A stretch of 64,000 bases of DNA from Setoptus koraiensis (taxonomy: Eukaryota > Animalia > Arthropoda): the NCBI GenBank assembly GCA_048013815.1, contig CM106586.1:23622001-23686000 (forward strand), in the 5' to 3' direction. Both the position numbers and the translations under genes were made by a program. Below, piece after piece: positions 61,107 to 64,000 of the stretch (position 1 is its first letter; each line of letters starts with the position of its first letter). The notes under the pieces were generated by a model. That model searched no databases, was not told the origin of the DNA, and saw only the letters and a list, made by a program, of their open reading frames with translations.

Positions 61107-63653
61107 TCAAACATTCACTTGCGAAAAGAAGTCTTCATCCTCAACCAGAGGATTAACTATCAACACCGGATCATGATCAGCCTCTGGTTGTGGTTGCTCG
61201 TCCGGATCTACTATCTGACCACCTTCACGTATCTCCATCAATACTTGATCGACTCGCGTCAATCTATCGAGAACTTTTTCACACAACTGTTTCTTCTTGA
61301 TAAGTTCCTCCTCTGATGATATCTCATCAACACATTGATGCAGGTACCAATCTATCAATTCGGAACGTTTCATGCCAGCAGTTTCGCGTTCTTCACGATT
61401 GGATTCTGATCGCAACTTTACTATGAAAACCTCAGCCATGCCCTTGTAAGTCTCCAATGTTATCTTGATACCGGTTGGTTGTGTTTGTGACGGCTCTAGT
61501 GGTTGAGATTCTAACTCGCCTTCATACATGCCATGATTCTCACCTAATTGTTGAGAATCAGGGACGTTTCCAAATATGTCATCTAATTGTATCTCAGATC
61601 GACCTACTTTAACTATTGTCTGTTCAATCAATTTTGCAGCATGCCTCACATACTCTTCTTTAACGACCTCAGAACAATGAGCTCGGGCCATAGCCTCAGA
61701 GAGACGAACGAGAGACTCTAGCTGACGGACAGTTATTCGCCACGATGTCTTGGTTCTTGTAGTTTGTGATCTCATCCTCACGTATTCCTCGACAAAAACT
61801 TTTTCTATACCAATTGGTATCTTAGGATAATATTTTCTAGCGAACTTCAAGTATAGTCTAATTTCGTCAAATGAGTAAACCATATCTTGTTTGGAATCGG
61901 TGGAGTTGGCGTATGATTGATGCATCTCTACAATTCTTTCGGCTATGGCTCTGTCTGTATCTTCATCATGTGGATCTACCAAGGTAAAAAAAAGATCAAA
62001 TCTAGACATGATAGGTAGAGAGAAAGAGATGTTCGATCTGAGATCTTTTGACGAATCATAAGTGCTTCCGATTGGATTTGCTGCGGCCAAGATGGAGGCA
62101 CGAGCATTCAGAGTAGCAGTCACTCCGGCCTTAGTAATACTGATCGTTTGTTGTTCCATGGCTTCATGTATTGCCACTTGGTCTTTTTGGTCCATTTTAT
62201 CAAATTCATCTATGCAGCAAATACCACGATCAGCCAACATGAGTGCACCAGCTTCAATAACAAAGCCACCGTCGTTGTCGCGAACAACAGCCGCGGTCAA
62301 ACCAGATGCAGTAGAACCTTTACCACTGGTGTAGACCGCTCTCACAGGCGCAAAATCAGCAACAATTTTCAAAAACTGGCTCTTTGCTGTGCTTGGGTCA
62401 CCAACAAGACAAATATTTATGTCACCTCTCAAGGCTGTGCCTTCTTTGGATTTTTTTGGAACACCACCGAGAAGTTGGAGTATGATTCCTCTTTTAACGT
62501 CTTCACTTCCATAAATAGACCAGAATAGGGATTTGCCAAGGTTGTTGAGTAGATTCTTATCTTCAGACATCTTTTCAATCTTCTTGATATCCATTTCTGT
62601 GAACTCAGTTAAATCTGTAGCTGCATGATTGTCATCACGATACGATGGATCTGTGTTGATGGCTGGATAGCTTTGACCCTCAATAATGCATGCATTTGCT
62701 AGATAAGCGAGCGAATGGGTCATTTCTTTAACACCTAAAGATTTCAAACCTGTCACTCCACTTTCGCCACTCATTTCAGTGGACACAGTACCGAATGATC
62801 CAGACATCATCTGACCGACATCTGGCACCGCTATGAGCGTTCCAATAAAATCACACTGATCTCCGGGTTGAATGCATTCCACTTGATCCGCGCCTCTCAC
62901 CACTACATCAAAGCTTCTGGGTATACATCCTCTTGGTAGTTCTGATTGGGTTTCTTGAATTCGCAACTTTTGAAAGTCGGTGAATCTACTTTTTTCCAAC
63001 ACAAGAGTGAATCTTGTTCTATTGGCACAGTGCTCGTTAGCACAAATAGCTGGTTGTGTGTATCGAAACTGTTGCTGGGTATACATTTCAGTTTGGCAGT
63101 CTTTGCATTTGAAGCAACCAACAATAAGCTCTGGATGTACAGTGTGTGTTCGCACCACTTGTCCGCTAACTCTCGTTAATGTGCCTATTTTTTCACATGA
63201 CAACTCTCTGATCTTTTGTCTTTGGGCAAAATTGTAAAAACCAATATAGTAGTCCTTGTTTTTAATTTGAGGCTTATTTAAATCTTTGAGAATTTGTTCG
63301 CGTTCAAAGTCATTGAACGATTCTGACTGACGCAATTTTTCATCCCTAACAAACAAGGCCAAGGCACGACACAAATAGGGGTACATACGATAGAAGTCCT
63401 GAATGATATAATTGGCCAAATCTTGTTCGTAGCCTTCGATATCTTTGAAATCAATAAACAGGCTATTCCTTTCATTGTTGAGCAACTTGAGTGCCTCGTC
63501 GGCATACTTGGGGGGCTGTGGTTCATCCTCTTCAGAGAGCACTCCGTCGTTCGTCCAGACAGAGAGAAAGTCTTTAAAGAGATGCTGAACTTGCAGTGCC
63601 AATTCATCTCTATCGCGGGCCCTCGAACCAAATCGACTCTCGGCAACATCCAT
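61107..63653 (-). CDS. MCM6: DNA replication licensing factor MCM6, 848 aa, intronless
   Basis: First ATG at 63653 (MDVAES; the ORF track starts upstream at a TTG). Zn finger CKDC...CANEHC, Walker A GDPSTAKSQ, Walker B CIDEFDKM, arginine finger SRFDLFF, C-terminal winged helix (RSELIDWYL). Confidence 0.97.
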   Translation of the reverse strand: MDVAESRFGSRARDRDELALQVQHLFKDFLSVWTNDGVLSEEDEPQPPKYADEALKLLNNERNSLFIDFKDIEGYEQDLANYIIQDFYRMYPYLCRALALFVRDEKLRQSESFNDFEREQILKDLNKPQIKNKDYYIGFYNFAQRQKIRELSCEKIGTLTRVSGQVVRTHTVHPELIVGCFKCKDCQTEMYTQQQFRYTQPAICANEHCANRTRFTLVLEKSRFTDFQKLRIQETQSELPRGCIPRSFDVVVRGADQVECIQPGDQCDFIGTLIAVPDVGQMMSGSFGTVSTEMSGESGVTGLKSLGVKEMTHSLAYLANACIIEGQSYPAINTDPSYRDDNHAATDLTEFTEMDIKKIEKMSEDKNLLNNLGKSLFWSIYGSEDVKRGIILQLLGGVPKKSKEGTALRGDINICLVGDPSTAKSQFLKIVADFAPVRAVYTSGKGSTASGLTAAVVRDNDGGFVIEAGALMLADRGICCIDEFDKMDQKDQVAIHEAMEQQTISITKAGVTATLNARASILAAANPIGSTYDSSKDLRSNISFSLPIMSRFDLFFTLVDPHDEDTDRAIAERIVEMHQSYANSTDSKQDMVYSFDEIRLYLKFARKYYPKIPIGIEKVFVEEYVRMRSQTTRTKTSWRITVRQLESLVRLSEAMARAHCSEVVKEEYVRHAAKLIEQTIVKVGRSEIQLDDIFGNVPDSQQLGENHGMYEGELESQPLEPSQTQPTGIKITLETYKGMAEVFIVKLRSESNREERETAGMKRSELIDWYLHQCVDEISSEEELIKKKQLCEKVLDRLTRVDQVLMEIREGGQIVDPDEQPQPEADHDPVLIVNPLVEDEDFFSQVNV

Positions 63654-64000
63654 TATGGGTGGCAACTAATAGGCACTATGCAACAGGTTGTCGATAATCT
63701 AAAAAATTATTAATAAATATTGGCCAAAATTAGCAGTGTATGTCAATAAATTAAATGTCAGATTGTGTATTATGAGATTAAATGAAAATTAAATATCTCT
63801 GCAATATCTTCTCTTTAATATTGTATTTAAATGGTAATTTTTTGGTAGAGAAAAATTCATCAATTTTACGCGTTCACAATCTGCCCAGATTGCTGAATGA
63901 CGCTTGCAATTTGGCCAGTTTGCAGAATGTACGTTGACAATAAGCAGTGCATTTAAATTTTTTCTTTACTCTACGCCTAGAGCGTCACGAATGTTTTGTC

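Noticed and set aside
63654-63665. N-terminal MPPI extension of MCM6 in the ORF track
   Set aside because: Starts at TTG; the in-frame ATG at 63653 gives the conserved MDVA start.

Overview
Eukaryotic window from a compact, very intron-poor arthropod genome. The intronless core genes, ~85-120 bp introns, (CAA/TTG)n-rich non-coding DNA and apparent lack of CpG depletion suggest an acariform, possibly eriophyoid, mite; this is inference only. Tightly packed gene islands alternate with long microsatellite-rich non-coding blocks (~1-16 kb, 24-30.7 kb, 39-45.5 kb). Supported genes: PLEKHG1/2/3-type RhoGEF, WDR3/Utp12, ANKRD49, oig-4-like single-Ig protein, atypical HSF-domain protein, TAF5L, a miniature Elongin A, a small spliced RING-finger gene absent from the ORF track, an uncharacterised 412-aa ORF, KANSL1/NSL1, PP1 catalytic subunit, a BTB-BACK protein and MCM6. 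Also present are a complete ~403-bp Tc1/mariner-type MITE and a solo end resembling it. The most interesting unexplained feature is a ~465-nt hairpin-rich island between KANSL1 and PP1 (50075-50540), with TATA, nested long-range helices, a 3' hairpin and T5. It looks like a Pol III-type ncRNA (7SK-like or telomerase-RNA-like architecture) but cannot be assigned from sequence alone. All folds and splice models were derived by eye; no database searches were run.
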